Origin: Oscillospiraceae bacterium
GTDB lineage: Bacteria > Bacillota > Clostridia > Oscillospirales > CAG-382
Direction of reading: 5' to 3'
Assembly (NCBI GenBank): GCA_015065225.1
Contig: SVQR01000001.1
Location: forward strand, 1 to 60,746
Length of the DNA stretch: 60,746 nt
Positions 7,307 through 18,001 of the stretch are shown here, in pieces. Made by a program: the position numbers and the translations under genes. Numbering within the stretch: position 1 is the stretch's first letter; the number at the start of each line of letters is the position of its first letter. A model generated the notes under the pieces. The model was given only the letters and a program-made list of their open reading frames with translations, was not told the origin of the DNA and did no database searches.

Positions 7307-10300
7307 ATGGTATACAGAATCTACGTAGAAAAACAAAAAGGTCTCGATAACGAGGCAAGAGGCATCAAAAACGAGATAATCGAGCTTCTCGGCATAAAGG
7401 CTCTTGAAGAGGTTCGCCTTATCAACAGATATGATGCGGAAAATATCACGGAAGATCTCTTTGAAACAGCAGTAAAGACTGTTTTTTCCGAGCCTCAGAC
7501 GGATATCACATACCGTGAGCTTGACACAGCAGGCTACACCGTATTCGCAGTTGAATTTCTTCCCGGTCAATTCGATCAGAGAGCGGATTCCGCGGCACAG
7601 TGTATCAGCCTTATCTCTCAGGGTGACAGACCTACAGTCAAGAGTGCAAAGGTTTATATGCTCAAGGGCAGCCTTTCCGAAGCGGATGTTGCAGCTATCA
7701 AAAAGTACGTTGTAAACCCCGTTGAAGCGAGAATCGCAACACTTGACAAATATGACACTCTCGAAACAAAGTACGCATATCCGGAAGATGTAAAAACGCT
7801 TGACGGTTTCTGCGACATGGATGAAGCCGCTCTCAAGGCTTTCCTTGACAAGCTCGGTCTTGCTATGGATATTGACGACCTCAAGTTCTGTCAGCAGTAC
7901 TTCATCTCGGAAAAGCGCGATCCCACCTTCACCGAGATCAAGATGATTGATACATACTGGTCTGACCACTGCCGTCACACCACATTCCTTACAAATATCG
8001 ACAATGTTACCTTTGAGGATAAGCTCCTTGAGGATGCATACAACGAGTATATCGCAACAAGAAAGGCTCTTGGCAGAACAAAACCCGTTTGTCTTATGGA
8101 TATCGCTACCATTGCTGTACGCCACCTTAAGAAGGCAGGTAAGCTCCCCAAGCTGGATGAATCCGAGGAGATCAACGCTTGTACCGTAAAGATAAAGGTT
8201 GAAACAGACGGCAAGCTCGAAGACTGGCTTCTCCTTTTCAAGAACGAGACACACAATCATCCTACAGAGATAGAACCCTTCGGCGGTGCGGCTACCTGTA
8301 TCGGCGGTGCTATTCGTGACCCGCTTTCCGGTCGTTCATATGTATACTCCGCAATGAGAGTTACAGGCGCGGCTGATCCCACAAAGCCTCTTTCGGAGAC
8401 AATGGAAGGTAAGCTCCCTCAGAGAAAGATTGTTACAACAGCGGCAGCAGGTTATTCCTCCTACGGTAACCAGATAGGTCTTGCAACAGGTCTTGTAGAT
8501 GAGATATATCATGACGGTTATGCCGCAAAGAGAATGGAGATAGGTGCTGTTGTTGCGGCAGCTCCCGCAGAAAATGTAAGACGTGAAAGACCGGAACCCG
8601 GTGATATTGTCATACTTCTCGGCGGAAGAACAGGTCGTGACGGTTGCGGCGGTGCTACAGGCTCATCCAAATCCCACAGCCTTTCATCCCTTGAATCCTG
8701 CGGTGCAGAGGTACAGAAGGGTAACGCTCCCGAGGAAAGAAAGCTCCAGAGACTTTTCAGAAATCCCGAAGCATCAAAGCTCATAAAGAGATGTAACGAC
8801 TTCGGTGCAGGCGGCGTTTCAGTAGCAATCGGTGAGCTTGCCGACGGACTTCTCGTAAATCTCGACAAAGTACCCAAGAAGTATGAAGGTCTTGACGGAA
8901 CAGAGCTTGCGATAAGTGAATCTCAGGAAAGAATGGCGGTAGTCGTTGCATCTTCCGATGCAGATAAGTTCTGCGCACTTGCAGACAGTGAAAACCTTGA
9001 AGCGACAGTTGTTGCGGAGGTAACGGAAGATCCGAGACTTGTTCTTATGCACAGAGGTAAGGCGATAGTTGATATCTCCCGTGAATTCCTCAACTCCAAC
9101 GGTGCGGAAAAGCATATCGACGTTATCCTTTCCAAGCCCGAATGTTATAAAAAGGATATCCCCGCAGATTTTGCTGAGGGTATGAAGGCACTTGCATCCG
9201 ATCTTAACGTATGCTCAAAGAGAGGTCTCTCCGAAAGATTTGACTCCACCATCGGCAGAGGTACTGTACTTATGCCCTTCGGAGGCAAGAAGCAGCTCAC
9301 ACCCATACAGGCTATGGTAAATAAGGTATCAGGCGAAAAGAGAGATACATCCACGGTTTCCGTAATGGCATACGGCTACAATCCTTTCATCACGGAAAAG
9401 AGCCCTTACCACGGTTCTTACCTTGCAGTTGTCGAATCTGTATGTAAGCTCATCTGTACCGGTGCATCTTTTGAAGATACATATCTTACATTCCAGGAAT
9501 ACTTTGAAAAGCCTCTCCGTGACGGAAAGCGCTGGGGTAAGCCCATGGCGGCACTTCTCGGTGCATTCAAGGCTCAGATGGAGCTTGGTATCGGCTCGAT
9601 CGGCGGTAAGGACTCCATGAGCGGCTCGTTTGAAAAGCTCGATGTTCCTCCGACACTTGTATCCTTCGCTGTTACAACAGATCATATAGACAGCATAATC
9701 TCCAACGAATTCAAGACGGCAGACCACGAGGTTGCTATCCTCAAGCCGGAATATGACGAAAACGGACTTCCCAAGGCTGCATCCCTTATCGATCTCTTTG
9801 ATAAGGTAAACAAGCTCATAAAGAGCGGCGATGTTGTTGCAGCATACACACCCACATACGGTGGTGTTGCGGAGGCTGTCATGAAGATGTGCTTCGGTAA
9901 CGGCTTCGGCTTCGAATATGACGAAAAGCTCACCAATGAGGATATCTTCGGATATAACTACGGTGCATTCATTCTTGAGCTTTCCGATAAGTGTGATAAG
10001 GCTGTAGGAACAAGACTCGGTAAGACAACAAAGAGCTGTGCAATAAAGAGAGGCGAGGACAAGGTATGTTCCTGCAATCTTCTTGAGATATATGAGGATA
10101 AGCTCGAAAGCGTATTCTCCTGCAATATAGAAACAAGCAAGGAAGAAATCCCCGCATTCGAATACAAGGCATCCTCTTATGCCGCACCTGCGGTAAAATG
10201 TGCTCAGCCTCAGTTCCTTATCCCCGTATTCCCCGGTACAAACTGCGAATACGACAGTGCAAAGGCGGTTGAATATGCAGGGGCAAAGGCAAATATCTTT

Positions 10301-11005
10301 GTCATCAATAATCTTACAAAGGACGGTATTGCCCGTTCTGTTGAGAATTTTGCAAAGCTTCTCGGCGAATCTCAGGCTGTATTTGTTCCCGGCGGCTTCT
10401 CCGGCGGTGACGAGCCTGACGGTTCGGGTAAGTTCATAACCGCATTTATGAGAAACGCATCCATCAAGGAAGGTATCGAAAATCTCCTTGGAAAGAGAGA
10501 CGGTCTTATGTGCGGTATCTGTAACGGTTTCCAGGCACTTGTAAAGCTCGGACTTGTTCCCTTCGGCAAGATAATAGATGCCGATGACACCTGCCCGACA
10601 CTTACATTCAACACCATCGCACGCCACCAGTCAAGACTCGTAAGAACAAGAATCGCATCCAACAAATCCCCTTGGCTTAAGAATACAAACGTAGGCGATG
10701 TTTATACTGTTCCGATCTCCCACGGTGAAGGTAAGTTCCTTGCATCCGAAAAGCTCGTAAAAGAGCTTGCCGCAAACGGTCAGATCGCAACACAGTACGT
10801 TGACATGGACGGAAATCCCACATACGATATCCACTTCAACCCCAACGGATCCACTTATGCTATCGAAGGTATCACATCTCCCGACGGCAGAGTCATCGGT
10901 AAGATGGGACACTCGGAAAGAGTTGGTGCGGGACTTTACAAGAATGTTCCCGGTGAGTATGACATCAAGATGTTTAAGTCTGCGGTTGAATATTTTACAA
11001 AGTAA
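7307..11005 (+). CDS. purL: Phosphoribosylformylglycinamidine synthase, single-chain (large) form
   Basis: 1232 aa. It has KNETHNHPTEIEPFGGAATCIGGAIRD and a C-terminal glutaminase domain (GICNGFQAL, HGEGKF). Confidence 0.95.
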   Translation: MVYRIYVEKQKGLDNEARGIKNEIIELLGIKALEEVRLINRYDAENITEDLFETAVKTVFSEPQTDITYRELDTAGYTVFAVEFLPGQFDQRADSAAQCISLISQGDRPTVKSAKVYMLKGSLSEADVAAIKKYVVNPVEARIATLDKYDTLETKYAYPEDVKTLDGFCDMDEAALKAFLDKLGLAMDIDDLKFCQQYFISEKRDPTFTEIKMIDTYWSDHCRHTTFLTNIDNVTFEDKLLEDAYNEYIATRKALGRTKPVCLMDIATIAVRHLKKAGKLPKLDESEEINACTVKIKVETDGKLEDWLLLFKNETHNHPTEIEPFGGAATCIGGAIRDPLSGRSYVYSAMRVTGAADPTKPLSETMEGKLPQRKIVTTAAAGYSSYGNQIGLATGLVDEIYHDGYAAKRMEIGAVVAAAPAENVRRERPEPGDIVILLGGRTGRDGCGGATGSSKSHSLSSLESCGAEVQKGNAPEERKLQRLFRNPEASKLIKRCNDFGAGGVSVAIGELADGLLVNLDKVPKKYEGLDGTELAISESQERMAVVVASSDADKFCALADSENLEATVVAEVTEDPRLVLMHRGKAIVDISREFLNSNGAEKHIDVILSKPECYKKDIPADFAEGMKALASDLNVCSKRGLSERFDSTIGRGTVLMPFGGKKQLTPIQAMVNKVSGEKRDTSTVSVMAYGYNPFITEKSPYHGSYLAVVESVCKLICTGASFEDTYLTFQEYFEKPLRDGKRWGKPMAALLGAFKAQMELGIGSIGGKDSMSGSFEKLDVPPTLVSFAVTTDHIDSIISNEFKTADHEVAILKPEYDENGLPKAASLIDLFDKVNKLIKSGDVVAAYTPTYGGVAEAVMKMCFGNGFGFEYDEKLTNEDIFGYNYGAFILELSDKCDKAVGTRLGKTTKSCAIKRGEDKVCSCNLLEIYEDKLESVFSCNIETSKEEIPAFEYKASSYAAPAVKCAQPQFLIPVFPGTNCEYDSAKAVEYAGAKANIFVINNLTKDGIARSVENFAKLLGESQAVFVPGGFSGGDEPDGSGKFITAFMRNASIKEGIENLLGKRDGLMCGICNGFQALVKLGLVPFGKIIDADDTCPTLTFNTIARHQSRLVRTRIASNKSPWLKNTNVGDVYTVPISHGEGKFLASEKLVKELAANGQIATQYVDMDGNPTYDIHFNPNGSTYAIEGITSPDGRVIGKMGHSERVGAGLYKNVPGEYDIKMFKSAVEYFTK

Positions 11006-11019
11006 ATAGTATTGTTATT

Positions 11020-11053
11020 ATCCCGTACGGTTCATCCTGTGCGGGATTTTTTT
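11020..11053 (+). terminator. Rho-independent terminator of the pur operon
   Basis: The stem ATCCCGTACGG pairs with CCTGTGCGGGAT (11 bp including G-U pairs) and is followed by TTTTTTT. Confidence 0.7.
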
Positions 11054-11077
11054 GCGTAAGAGTGGCAGAACGGGCAT

Positions 11078-11108
11078 AAAAAAACGACGTATCCGCAGAT
11101 ACATCGTC
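11078..11108 (-). terminator. Rho-independent terminator for the 11134-11658 gene
   Basis: The minus-strand RNA reads CGAUGUAUC-UGCG-GAUACGUCG followed by UUUUUUU. The single imperfect position is a G-U pair only on the minus strand. Confidence 0.6.
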
Positions 11109-11133
11109 AGAAAAATATTAGTCGCATATAGTT

Positions 11134-11658
11134 TTATGATGCAAAAACCATCCCGTTATAAACATCCATAATAATCTCCGCTGACCTTAGGTAAAGACCG
11201 TGCATCTTCTTGTCAAAGGAATTGCAGACAGCATCCACATCGGCACCGGATTCGGCGATGACATCTATCATAAAATCGCTGCTCGTGTTAAAAAGAACGG
11301 ATAGCTTTACAAGCGTGAGAAGACAAGCTTCTCTCATATCTTCGGAAGAAGGAACACCGTTGTGATATTCGCGCAGAAAATCCGAGTATTCCATTATACG
11401 TTCGGAGAGAAGTGAGGAATATACATTTTCCACCGCCTCACAGAAGTCTTTGTGCTCCATACCTGTGGCAGTATTGCGAAGCACACTTATTTCAGCCGGA
11501 ATATCCTTCTTTGCATACTTGGTGGTCATGGAAACGGTGAAGGCAAGCTCTTTGGTCTTTATACGTGAACCGAGCACAGAATCGATCTTTTCCTTGAGCC
11601 TTGCTGTTTCTCCGCTGCCTTCTATAAGCCTTCTGAGCTCTTTGTCAAATTCAGCCAT
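11134..11658 (-). CDS. Hypothetical protein (174 aa, predicted soluble, mostly helical)
   Basis: Intact ORF with a strong AAGGAGG RBS. I recognised no family motif. Confidence 0.75.
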   Translation of the reverse strand: MAEFDKELRRLIEGSGETARLKEKIDSVLGSRIKTKELAFTVSMTTKYAKKDIPAEISVLRNTATGMEHKDFCEAVENVYSSLLSERIMEYSDFLREYHNGVPSSEDMREACLLTLVKLSVLFNTSSDFMIDVIAESGADVDAVCNSFDKKMHGLYLRSAEIIMDVYNGMVFAS

Positions 11659-11719
11659 TTCAATTTCCTCCTTGTATGTCTTTCGCGTACGCGGCGAACC
11701 GGTACTTCAAATTTTCCTC

Positions 11720-11748
11720 ATTATATCACACCGCGGGTGTAATGTACA
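11720..11748 (-). promoter_or_regulatory. Candidate sigma-A promoter for 11134-11658
   Basis: On the minus strand: TGTACA, a 17-nt spacer, then TGaTATAAT (extended -10). Confidence 0.35.
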
Positions 11749-12054
11749 CATCTTTTTGTAAAATTAATTTATATCGGAAGAAATATTTACATTATGCGTA
11801 AGAACACCGCAGATGTATAAAACTGTTGCTTCGTGTCCGATTACAAAAAACGATGGGATATTTGCGATTTTTTCTTTGTTTTATATGCCATTAATCCGAA
11901 TTGTTGCAGTTTATTAAGCATACTGTAACAACTTGATCGCGTTGACATAGTATAATAAATTGTCGTAATGTGTGCAAAACATGGAACTTTTTTTGCATTC
12001 CATGCGTCTAAGCACAGAAGGGAAAAATATAATTTTAATTTCAAAGGAGAAACT

Positions 12055-14388
12055 ATGAAAAAACTGATCTCATTTATTCTTACGGCTCTTCTTCTTGTGC
12101 AGATACCGATAACGGCATTCGCATACAATGAAGATAAGGCACAGACAGCGGCAGATTCTCTCAATACACTCGGACTTTTCAACGGTACGGATAAGGGTTA
12201 TGAGCTGGAAAAGCCATTAACAAGACTTGAAGCGCTGATAATGCTCATCAGACTCTCCGGCAAGGAGATCGAGGCACTTTATCCCGAAGAGGAGCTCTCA
12301 CATCCCTTTACAGACTCTCCCGAATGGGCTGACGGCTCGCTCTATATGGCTTACGGCTATAACAACAAGCTCACATCCGGCGTATCCGAAACATTGTTTG
12401 CCCCCAATACCGAGGCATCCCTTCAGATGTATGTAACATTCGTTCTTCGTGCGCTGGGATATACCGATAATGAAAGCGGTACGGTATGGGAAAACTGGGA
12501 AGCATGGGGTACTGCCGCAGGTGTAATCAACGCCGAAACAAGACGTGACAAGTTCGTCCGCGGCGATGCGGTGATCATCTCAAGAGCGGCACTCGATGCT
12601 AAGATCGCAGGCACGGACAAGACTCTCAAGCAGCAGCTCAGCGACGATATGGTGGTAAGTCCCTTCGCTCTTTCCATAGTCGAAGCAAAAGAGGGCAAGG
12701 TTATAGATACATCATCTCCGCTTATGGACATACTTGCCAAGACTTATGCAGGTGTTCCGGATATATATCCCGAAGGACTTATGACCATGCAGTTCAAGGC
12801 AGAGGACGGCAAGTACTATATCTTTGGCGACGAGGCGGAAAAGGAAGAATATATAAACTATCTTGCATCGTTTATTGGCGCAGATGCGGAAAAGATAGGC
12901 GTTACCGAAGCAATATGCTGTGAGCCTATGATGAGCTCCAGAGCCCATTCCGTAGCAGTCATCCGCGTCAAGGACGGCACAGATATGGAAATGGCAAAGA
13001 AAGAGATAAAGGAAAAGGTCGATCCGAGAAAGTGGGTCTGCGTCAGCGTAAATCCCGCCAACGTAAGAGTTGAAAACGTGGGCAATGTCATACTTATGGC
13101 AATGGATAACACTATAGTTGACAGACTCTGCGCAAACTTCAGAAGCCTTGACACAACACTTGCAAAGCCTTCGGAAAACGGATATATGCTTATCGACGGC
13201 AGATACGTCGAAGCAGAAGAACCCTACAGCGAATCATCAGCACAGAGATTTGCCGAAAAGTTCACATCACTTCGCGAAAAGCACTTTGCCGATAACAAGG
13301 TATACTTTGCTACCATCCCCGAAAAGGGCTACTATCTCAGAGACAAGACAACACACTATCTTAGCCACGATTCCATAACCGCATTCCTTTCCGAGGCTCT
13401 CTACGACTGGACCATGATAGATGTTGCAGGCTCTCTTACAATAGACGATTACTATACGACAGACCGCCATTGGAAGCAGGAAAACCTCTTCGGTGTAATG
13501 GAAAAGTTCGGTGAAAAGATGGGCTTTACGGTAAACAAGGACGCATATACTCCCGTAAAGGTTGAAAACTACAGAGGCGACTATGCTAAGGTAATAACAG
13601 ATATCCCGGCGGAAACTCTTACATATCTTGTAAGTGATGTCACAAAGGGAGCAACTGTGGATAACTTCCAGAACAAGAAGGTGACCACAGTATATGACGA
13701 GGCAAAGCTCACATCAAAGATTCCCTATGATGTGTTCCTTTCCGGTGCAACTCCTCTTACCGTGATCACAAATCCTGCGGCAAAGGAAACACGTGAGCTT
13801 ATCATCTTCCGCGATTCCTTCGGCAGCAGTATCATTCCGCTGTTCATCGAAGCATACTCCAAGATAACGGTCGTTGACCTTCGCTACATGACAAGCGAGC
13901 TTCTTCCTCAGTTCGTAGAATTCGGTAATGCAGAGATACTCGTAATGGTAAGCGACAAGATAGTCAACAACAGTATTCTCCTCAAAATAACCGAAAGTAC
14001 AAATACGGCACAAAATTCTAAATCTACTTCTAAAAAATCAACTGCAGAAATCAAAAAAGTCTTTTTGGAATTTATAGAATTGGGTATAAATTGTCAAACT
14101 AGTGCTATAAACAACTTAAATAACCATATCAAATATAATGATGAAAGTTATAAAACATTGTTCTTTGAGAATATTGGAACTGCACGTGATGCAGTAAATA
14201 GTGCTTATGAAATTAGTATAGAATATTCAGATATGAATAATCTATCTGCGTTGCTCGAAAAAATCTTGAATATATATGATGACATTTTAAATGATGAATA
14301 TGCATTATTGACGATAGGGGATATATTTAAAGAAACATTATCATATTATGAATCCATTTCAAGTATTTCTAAATCTTGGTTATATTGA
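12055..14388 (+). CDS. Secreted DHHW-family protein (AlgX/AlgJ-like SGNH fold candidate) with an N-terminal SLH-like module and an AT-rich C-terminal extension
   Basis: I chose the ATG at 12055 because it has an AAAGGAGA RBS and opens the signal peptide MKKLISFILTALLLVQIPITAFA. It has the DHHW-type motif YYTTDRHW and RDSFGSS. The ORF-track start at 11968 has no RBS. Confidence 0.75.
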   Translation: MKKLISFILTALLLVQIPITAFAYNEDKAQTAADSLNTLGLFNGTDKGYELEKPLTRLEALIMLIRLSGKEIEALYPEEELSHPFTDSPEWADGSLYMAYGYNNKLTSGVSETLFAPNTEASLQMYVTFVLRALGYTDNESGTVWENWEAWGTAAGVINAETRRDKFVRGDAVIISRAALDAKIAGTDKTLKQQLSDDMVVSPFALSIVEAKEGKVIDTSSPLMDILAKTYAGVPDIYPEGLMTMQFKAEDGKYYIFGDEAEKEEYINYLASFIGADAEKIGVTEAICCEPMMSSRAHSVAVIRVKDGTDMEMAKKEIKEKVDPRKWVCVSVNPANVRVENVGNVILMAMDNTIVDRLCANFRSLDTTLAKPSENGYMLIDGRYVEAEEPYSESSAQRFAEKFTSLREKHFADNKVYFATIPEKGYYLRDKTTHYLSHDSITAFLSEALYDWTMIDVAGSLTIDDYYTTDRHWKQENLFGVMEKFGEKMGFTVNKDAYTPVKVENYRGDYAKVITDIPAETLTYLVSDVTKGATVDNFQNKKVTTVYDEAKLTSKIPYDVFLSGATPLTVITNPAAKETRELIIFRDSFGSSIIPLFIEAYSKITVVDLRYMTSELLPQFVEFGNAEILVMVSDKIVNNSILLKITESTNTAQNSKSTSKKSTAEIKKVFLEFIELGINCQTSAINNLNNHIKYNDESYKTLFFENIGTARDAVNSAYEISIEYSDMNNLSALLEKILNIYDDILNDEYALLTIGDIFKETLSYYESISSISKSWLY

Positions 14389-14401
14389 AGAATAAATTGC
14401 C

Positions 14402-14432
14402 GGCGGTGCATATTGCATCGCCGTTTCCCTTT
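14402..14432 (+). terminator. Rho-independent terminator
   Basis: GGCGGTGCA-TAT-TGCATCGCC (one G-U pair) followed by GTTTCCCTTT. Confidence 0.5.
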
Positions 14433-14489
14433 AAATAAAGATATTATTGGGCATATTAAAGACATGACCGCAGAAATTTAAGGAAATTC

Positions 14490-14519
14490 TTGACAAGCAT
14501 ATTGTAAGTGTGTTATAAT
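14490..14519 (+). promoter_or_regulatory. Sigma-A promoter of fhs
   Basis: TTGACA (14490-14495), an 18-nt spacer, then TGtTATAAT (TATAAT at 14514-14519), about 60 nt upstream of the fhs ATG. Confidence 0.6.
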
Positions 14520-14581
14520 ATAAACAATCTGCACGACCATATAAACGGAAGTACAAAATCCAACAAAAAGGAGTAAATATC

Positions 14582-16255
14582 ATGGCATATCTTTCAGACA
14601 TCGAAATCGCCCAGAGCGCAAAAATGCAGAACATCACGGATATCGCAAAAAGTGCGGGCGTTGATGACAAATATATCGAACAGTACGGCAAGTACAAGGC
14701 AAAGATAGATCTTTCCTATCTTAATGAATGTAAGAACGCCGACGGAAAGCTCATTCTTGTAACGGCTATTACCCCCACACCTGCAGGCGAAGGCAAGACA
14801 ACCACCACCATCGGACTTGCTGACGGTCTTAAAAGACTTGGCAAGAATGTAGCTGTAGCTCTCCGTGAGCCTTCCCTCGGACCGGTATTCGGTATCAAGG
14901 GCGGTGCTGCGGGCGGCGGATATGCCCAGGTAGTTCCCATGGAGGATATCAACCTTCACTTCACCGGTGACTTCCACGCAATAGGTGCGGCAAACAACCT
15001 TCTTGCAGCTATGCTTGACAACCATATCCAGCAGGGTAACACCCTCGGAATAGATGTTCGCAAGATCACATGGAAGCGCTGTGTTGACATGAACGACAGA
15101 CAGCTCAGAAATATAGTTGACGGTCTCGGCGGAAAGCCCAACGGCACTCCCAGAGAGGATGGCTTTGATATAACTGTCGCTTCCGAAATCATGGCGGTGC
15201 TTTGTCTTTCAAATTCCATCACAGACCTTAAGGAAAGACTTTCAAGGATAATCGTCGGTTATACCTATGACGATAAGCCCGTTACCTGCGGTGATCTCAA
15301 GGCACAGGGTGCGATGACTGCGCTTTTGAAGGACGCTTTAAAGCCTAACCTTGTTCAGACACTTGAAGGCACACCCGCTTTCGTTCACGGTGGACCTTTC
15401 GCAAATATTGCTCACGGATGTAACTCCGTAATTGCCACAAAGACTGCTCTCAAGGTTGCGGACTATGCTGTTACCGAGGCAGGCTTCGGTGCGGATCTCG
15501 GTGCGGAAAAGTTCCTTGATATCAAGTGCAGATATGCAGGTCTTAAGCCTTCCGCGGTAGTTATCGTTGCGACTATCAGAGCACTCAAGATGCATGGCGG
15601 TGTTCCCAAGACTGAGCTTGGCAGTGAAAACCTTGAGGCACTTGAAAAGGGTATTCCGAATCTTCTTCGTCATGTATCCAATATCAAGAACGTGTACAAG
15701 CTTCCTTCCGTTGTTGCAGTCAATAAGTTCCCGACAGACACGGACGCAGAAGTTGAGCTTATCATCAAGAAGTGCCGTGAGCTCGGCGTAAACGTAGTTC
15801 TTTCCGACGTATGGGCAAAGGGCGGCGAAGGCGGCATCGAGATGGCAGAGGAAGTAATAAGACTCTGCGAACAGCCCAGTGACTTCACATATTCCTACGA
15901 GCTTGAAGGCACTATTGAGGACAAGATAGAAGCTATTGTCAAGAAGATCTACGGTGGTGACGGAATAAGTGTGCTTCCCGCGGCAAAGAAGCAGATCGCA
16001 CAGCTTACGGAGCTCGGCTTCTCAAATCTTCCTATATGCGTTGCAAAGACACAGTACAGCTTCTCGGATGACCAGACAAAGCTCGGAGCACCGGAAGGCT
16101 TCAAAGTAACCATCAAGAATGTAAAGGTGTCCGCAGGTGCAGGATTTATAGTAGTTCTCACAGGTGACATCATGACCATGCCCGGACTTCCCAAGGTTCC
16201 CGCTGCCGAAAAGATTGATGTTGACGAAAACGGCAAGATCACGGGATTGTTCTAA
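14582..16255 (+). CDS. fhs: Formate--tetrahydrofolate ligase
   Basis: 557 aa starting [11 protein letters not shown], with [15 protein letters not shown] and [15 protein letters not shown]. Confidence 0.97.
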   Translation: MAYLSDIEIAQSAKMQNITDIAKSAGVDDKYIEQYGKYKAKIDLSYLNECKNADGKLILVTAITPTPAGEGKTTTTIGLADGLKRLGKNVAVALREPSLGPVFGIKGGAAGGGYAQVVPMEDINLHFTGDFHAIGAANNLLAAMLDNHIQQGNTLGIDVRKITWKRCVDMNDRQLRNIVDGLGGKPNGTPREDGFDITVASEIMAVLCLSNSITDLKERLSRIIVGYTYDDKPVTCGDLKAQGAMTALLKDALKPNLVQTLEGTPAFVHGGPFANIAHGCNSVIATKTALKVADYAVTEAGFGADLGAEKFLDIKCRYAGLKPSAVVIVATIRALKMHGGVPKTELGSENLEALEKGIPNLLRHVSNIKNVYKLPSVVAVNKFPTDTDAEVELIIKKCRELGVNVVLSDVWAKGGEGGIEMAEEVIRLCEQPSDFTYSYELEGTIEDKIEAIVKKIYGGDGISVLPAAKKQIAQLTELGFSNLPICVAKTQYSFSDDQTKLGAPEGFKVTIKNVKVSAGAGFIVVLTGDIMTMPGLPKVPAAEKIDVDENGKITGLF

Positions 16256-16278
16256 AAAGAATTTTTGAATTATCAAAA

Positions 16279-16306
16279 GGCGAAGCTTTTAAGCTTCGCC
16301 TTTTTT
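16279..16306. terminator. Bidirectional rho-independent terminator (fhs and the convergent GH20-like gene)
   Basis: GGCGAAGC..GCTTCGCC perfect stem, flanked by AAAA upstream and TTTTTT downstream. Confidence 0.7.
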
Positions 16307-16368
16307 GTATAATGCGTGCATCGTTGCTGATATGCGATGATTGGAGCTGTGTTTTTAAGGCAATATTA

Positions 16369-17838
16369 TCAAACAGGCTTGAAATCAAGCTCCATCTCGT
16401 AAAATCCCGCATTTTCATATATGCCATTTGACGGTACGAGCTTACGGATATTTTGTGCCGTCATCATTTTGAAGACTTCCCAACGGTTTGCCGGTGTCTC
16501 TGTTTCCTTATTTTCCCACATAAGACAGGCGGTGTATACGGCGAACTTCGGATCGCGGCAGATGTCGTTCCATGTTGTAGCCATGACTCCCAAAAGACCG
16601 TATTCTTTTGCGATATCGCATCTGCCTTTTATGTTGTCATTGCCGGTCCACGGGCAAAGAATAAGGGAACTTTTGTCTTTGTATTTCAGGAACAGATCGA
16701 CAGACCTGCGCTCACTTCCGTCTATGTTGTATTGCCAGTCGGCAATAATGACATTGTCGGAAAGCCCTGCGAGGTTTTTTTCTCCGTCACAGCATTTGTG
16801 GGAGATGTTACCGCAGTACGGATAGGGGAAATCCTTATCGTCAAGGAACATATCTCCCCACATGATGGGTGTACGTCCGCTTTTGTTTATTTTTTCAGCG
16901 GTATTGTTTATAAATCTCATAAAGCTCTCGTTGTCAGTCTTGTCGTAAGGATCTGCAAATGGCTCTGCGGCGTAGACCTCATCGCATCCCATGTGGAAAT
17001 ATCTTCCTTTCCCGAAAAGCTCGCACAACTCACTGCGCATTTCTTCATGCAGAGCAACAACATCCGGGTTCTCGACATTCCATGTCCATCCGCCGGGAAG
17101 AAAATATTCCTCATATTCCGGAGCTCTGTCAAGTACGGTGTTTTTCCCACTTCTGAATCTTGATCCGCCCGCATGACCGAAATGGTTGAACATCGGTATA
17201 AATTCAACACCGAGAGCTCTGCCATCGGAAATTATCGGTTCAAGATCGCTCTTTGAATAGCCGATCTGCCATGCAAGATGGGGAAAACAGTCGAATTTCA
17301 GCATCCCGAAAAATTCCAGGACTATATGTGAACACTTCATAAGACCGAAAAGACGTACCATCTTTTTTAAGAACAAGAGCGACGTTTCCGGGAAAACGCA
17401 GAGATGCATTCCACGGAAGGAGAGCGACGGTCTGTCTGTTACAGCAAAGCATCCGAGATCAAAGCACTCCTTTTTGATACTGTACGGAGGCAACGCCTGC
17501 AAAAGTGTCGAGAAGGCGTGTACAAGTCCATTTTCACCGTCAAAGGTGAGAGTTATACCATGCTCCGAGCAGTTTATCTCGTATTCAAAGTCCGTCTTGC
17601 TGTTTTGGATGATAGCCTGTCTTGTTTTTGAAATGTAGGCTGTCGTATGAAGGCTCGGACTTTTTATTATCTCAAGCTCACACTTGCCTGCAGTGAAGTT
17701 TTTCCACAGTTCGGGAGCGAGCATTCTGAAATCCCTGTTGGAAAAGTTTTCGGGGACAGTCATAAACAGCTTATCGCAGAAGGTGAATGTCCCTTCTTTT
17801 TTTATGTATTGACATGGTGTCGGAAATATATTGTGCAT
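16369..17838 (-). CDS. Glycoside hydrolase family 20-like (beta-N-acetylhexosaminidase family)
   Basis: I chose the start at 17838 (MHNIFPTPC...) because the longer ORF to 17958 would overlap a consensus promoter and the upstream terminator. It has the HxGxDE-type motif FHMGCDEVY and the TIM-barrel strand RGMHLCVFPE. Confidence 0.7.
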   Translation of the reverse strand: MHNIFPTPCQYIKKEGTFTFCDKLFMTVPENFSNRDFRMLAPELWKNFTAGKCELEIIKSPSLHTTAYISKTRQAIIQNSKTDFEYEINCSEHGITLTFDGENGLVHAFSTLLQALPPYSIKKECFDLGCFAVTDRPSLSFRGMHLCVFPETSLLFLKKMVRLFGLMKCSHIVLEFFGMLKFDCFPHLAWQIGYSKSDLEPIISDGRALGVEFIPMFNHFGHAGGSRFRSGKNTVLDRAPEYEEYFLPGGWTWNVENPDVVALHEEMRSELCELFGKGRYFHMGCDEVYAAEPFADPYDKTDNESFMRFINNTAEKINKSGRTPIMWGDMFLDDKDFPYPYCGNISHKCCDGEKNLAGLSDNVIIADWQYNIDGSERRSVDLFLKYKDKSSLILCPWTGNDNIKGRCDIAKEYGLLGVMATTWNDICRDPKFAVYTACLMWENKETETPANRWEVFKMMTAQNIRKLVPSNGIYENAGFYEMELDFKPV

Positions 17839-17868
17839 CACAGTGACCTGCCTTGTGGTTTTTCTTCT

Positions 17869-17897
17869 ATTATATAACGAAACAAAAGTAAAGTCAA
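17869..17897 (-). promoter_or_regulatory. Sigma-A promoter of the GH20-like gene
   Basis: On the minus strand: TTGACT, a 17-nt spacer, then TATAAT. Confidence 0.55.
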
Positions 17898-17936
17898 GGC
17901 TCAGATTTGGCAAAGATTTTTTTATTCCGCCCATCA

Positions 17937-17976
17937 TAAAAAAGCGATGTACCGCCAAAAAGGTGATACACCGCTT
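17937..17976 (-). terminator. Rho-independent terminator of the SLH-protein gene
   Basis: The minus-strand RNA reads AAGCGGUGUAUCACC-UUUUU-GGCGGUACAUCGCUU followed by UUUU. Confidence 0.7.
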
Positions 17977-18001
17977 GATTTTTACCTGCGATTCTTAATT
18001 A

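Noticed and set aside
11684-11693. Perfect 10-nt palindrome CGCGTACGCG in the leader of the 11134-11658 gene, considered as a possible operator.
   Set aside because: It is a single short occurrence with no second copy in the window. That is too little to distinguish it from chance.
11968-12054. N-terminal extensions offered by the ORF track: 11968 (DHHW), 17958 (GH20-like), 22253 (papain-like), 31907 (FGGY), 39919 (GH31), 44319 (isomerase), 45298 (AraC), 56487 (GH78) and 56596 (PASTA lipoprotein).
   Set aside because: In each case an internal start has a proper RBS and yields a canonical N-terminus (a signal peptide or a conserved first motif). The extension overlaps a predicted promoter, terminator or neighbouring gene and encodes implausible sequence.
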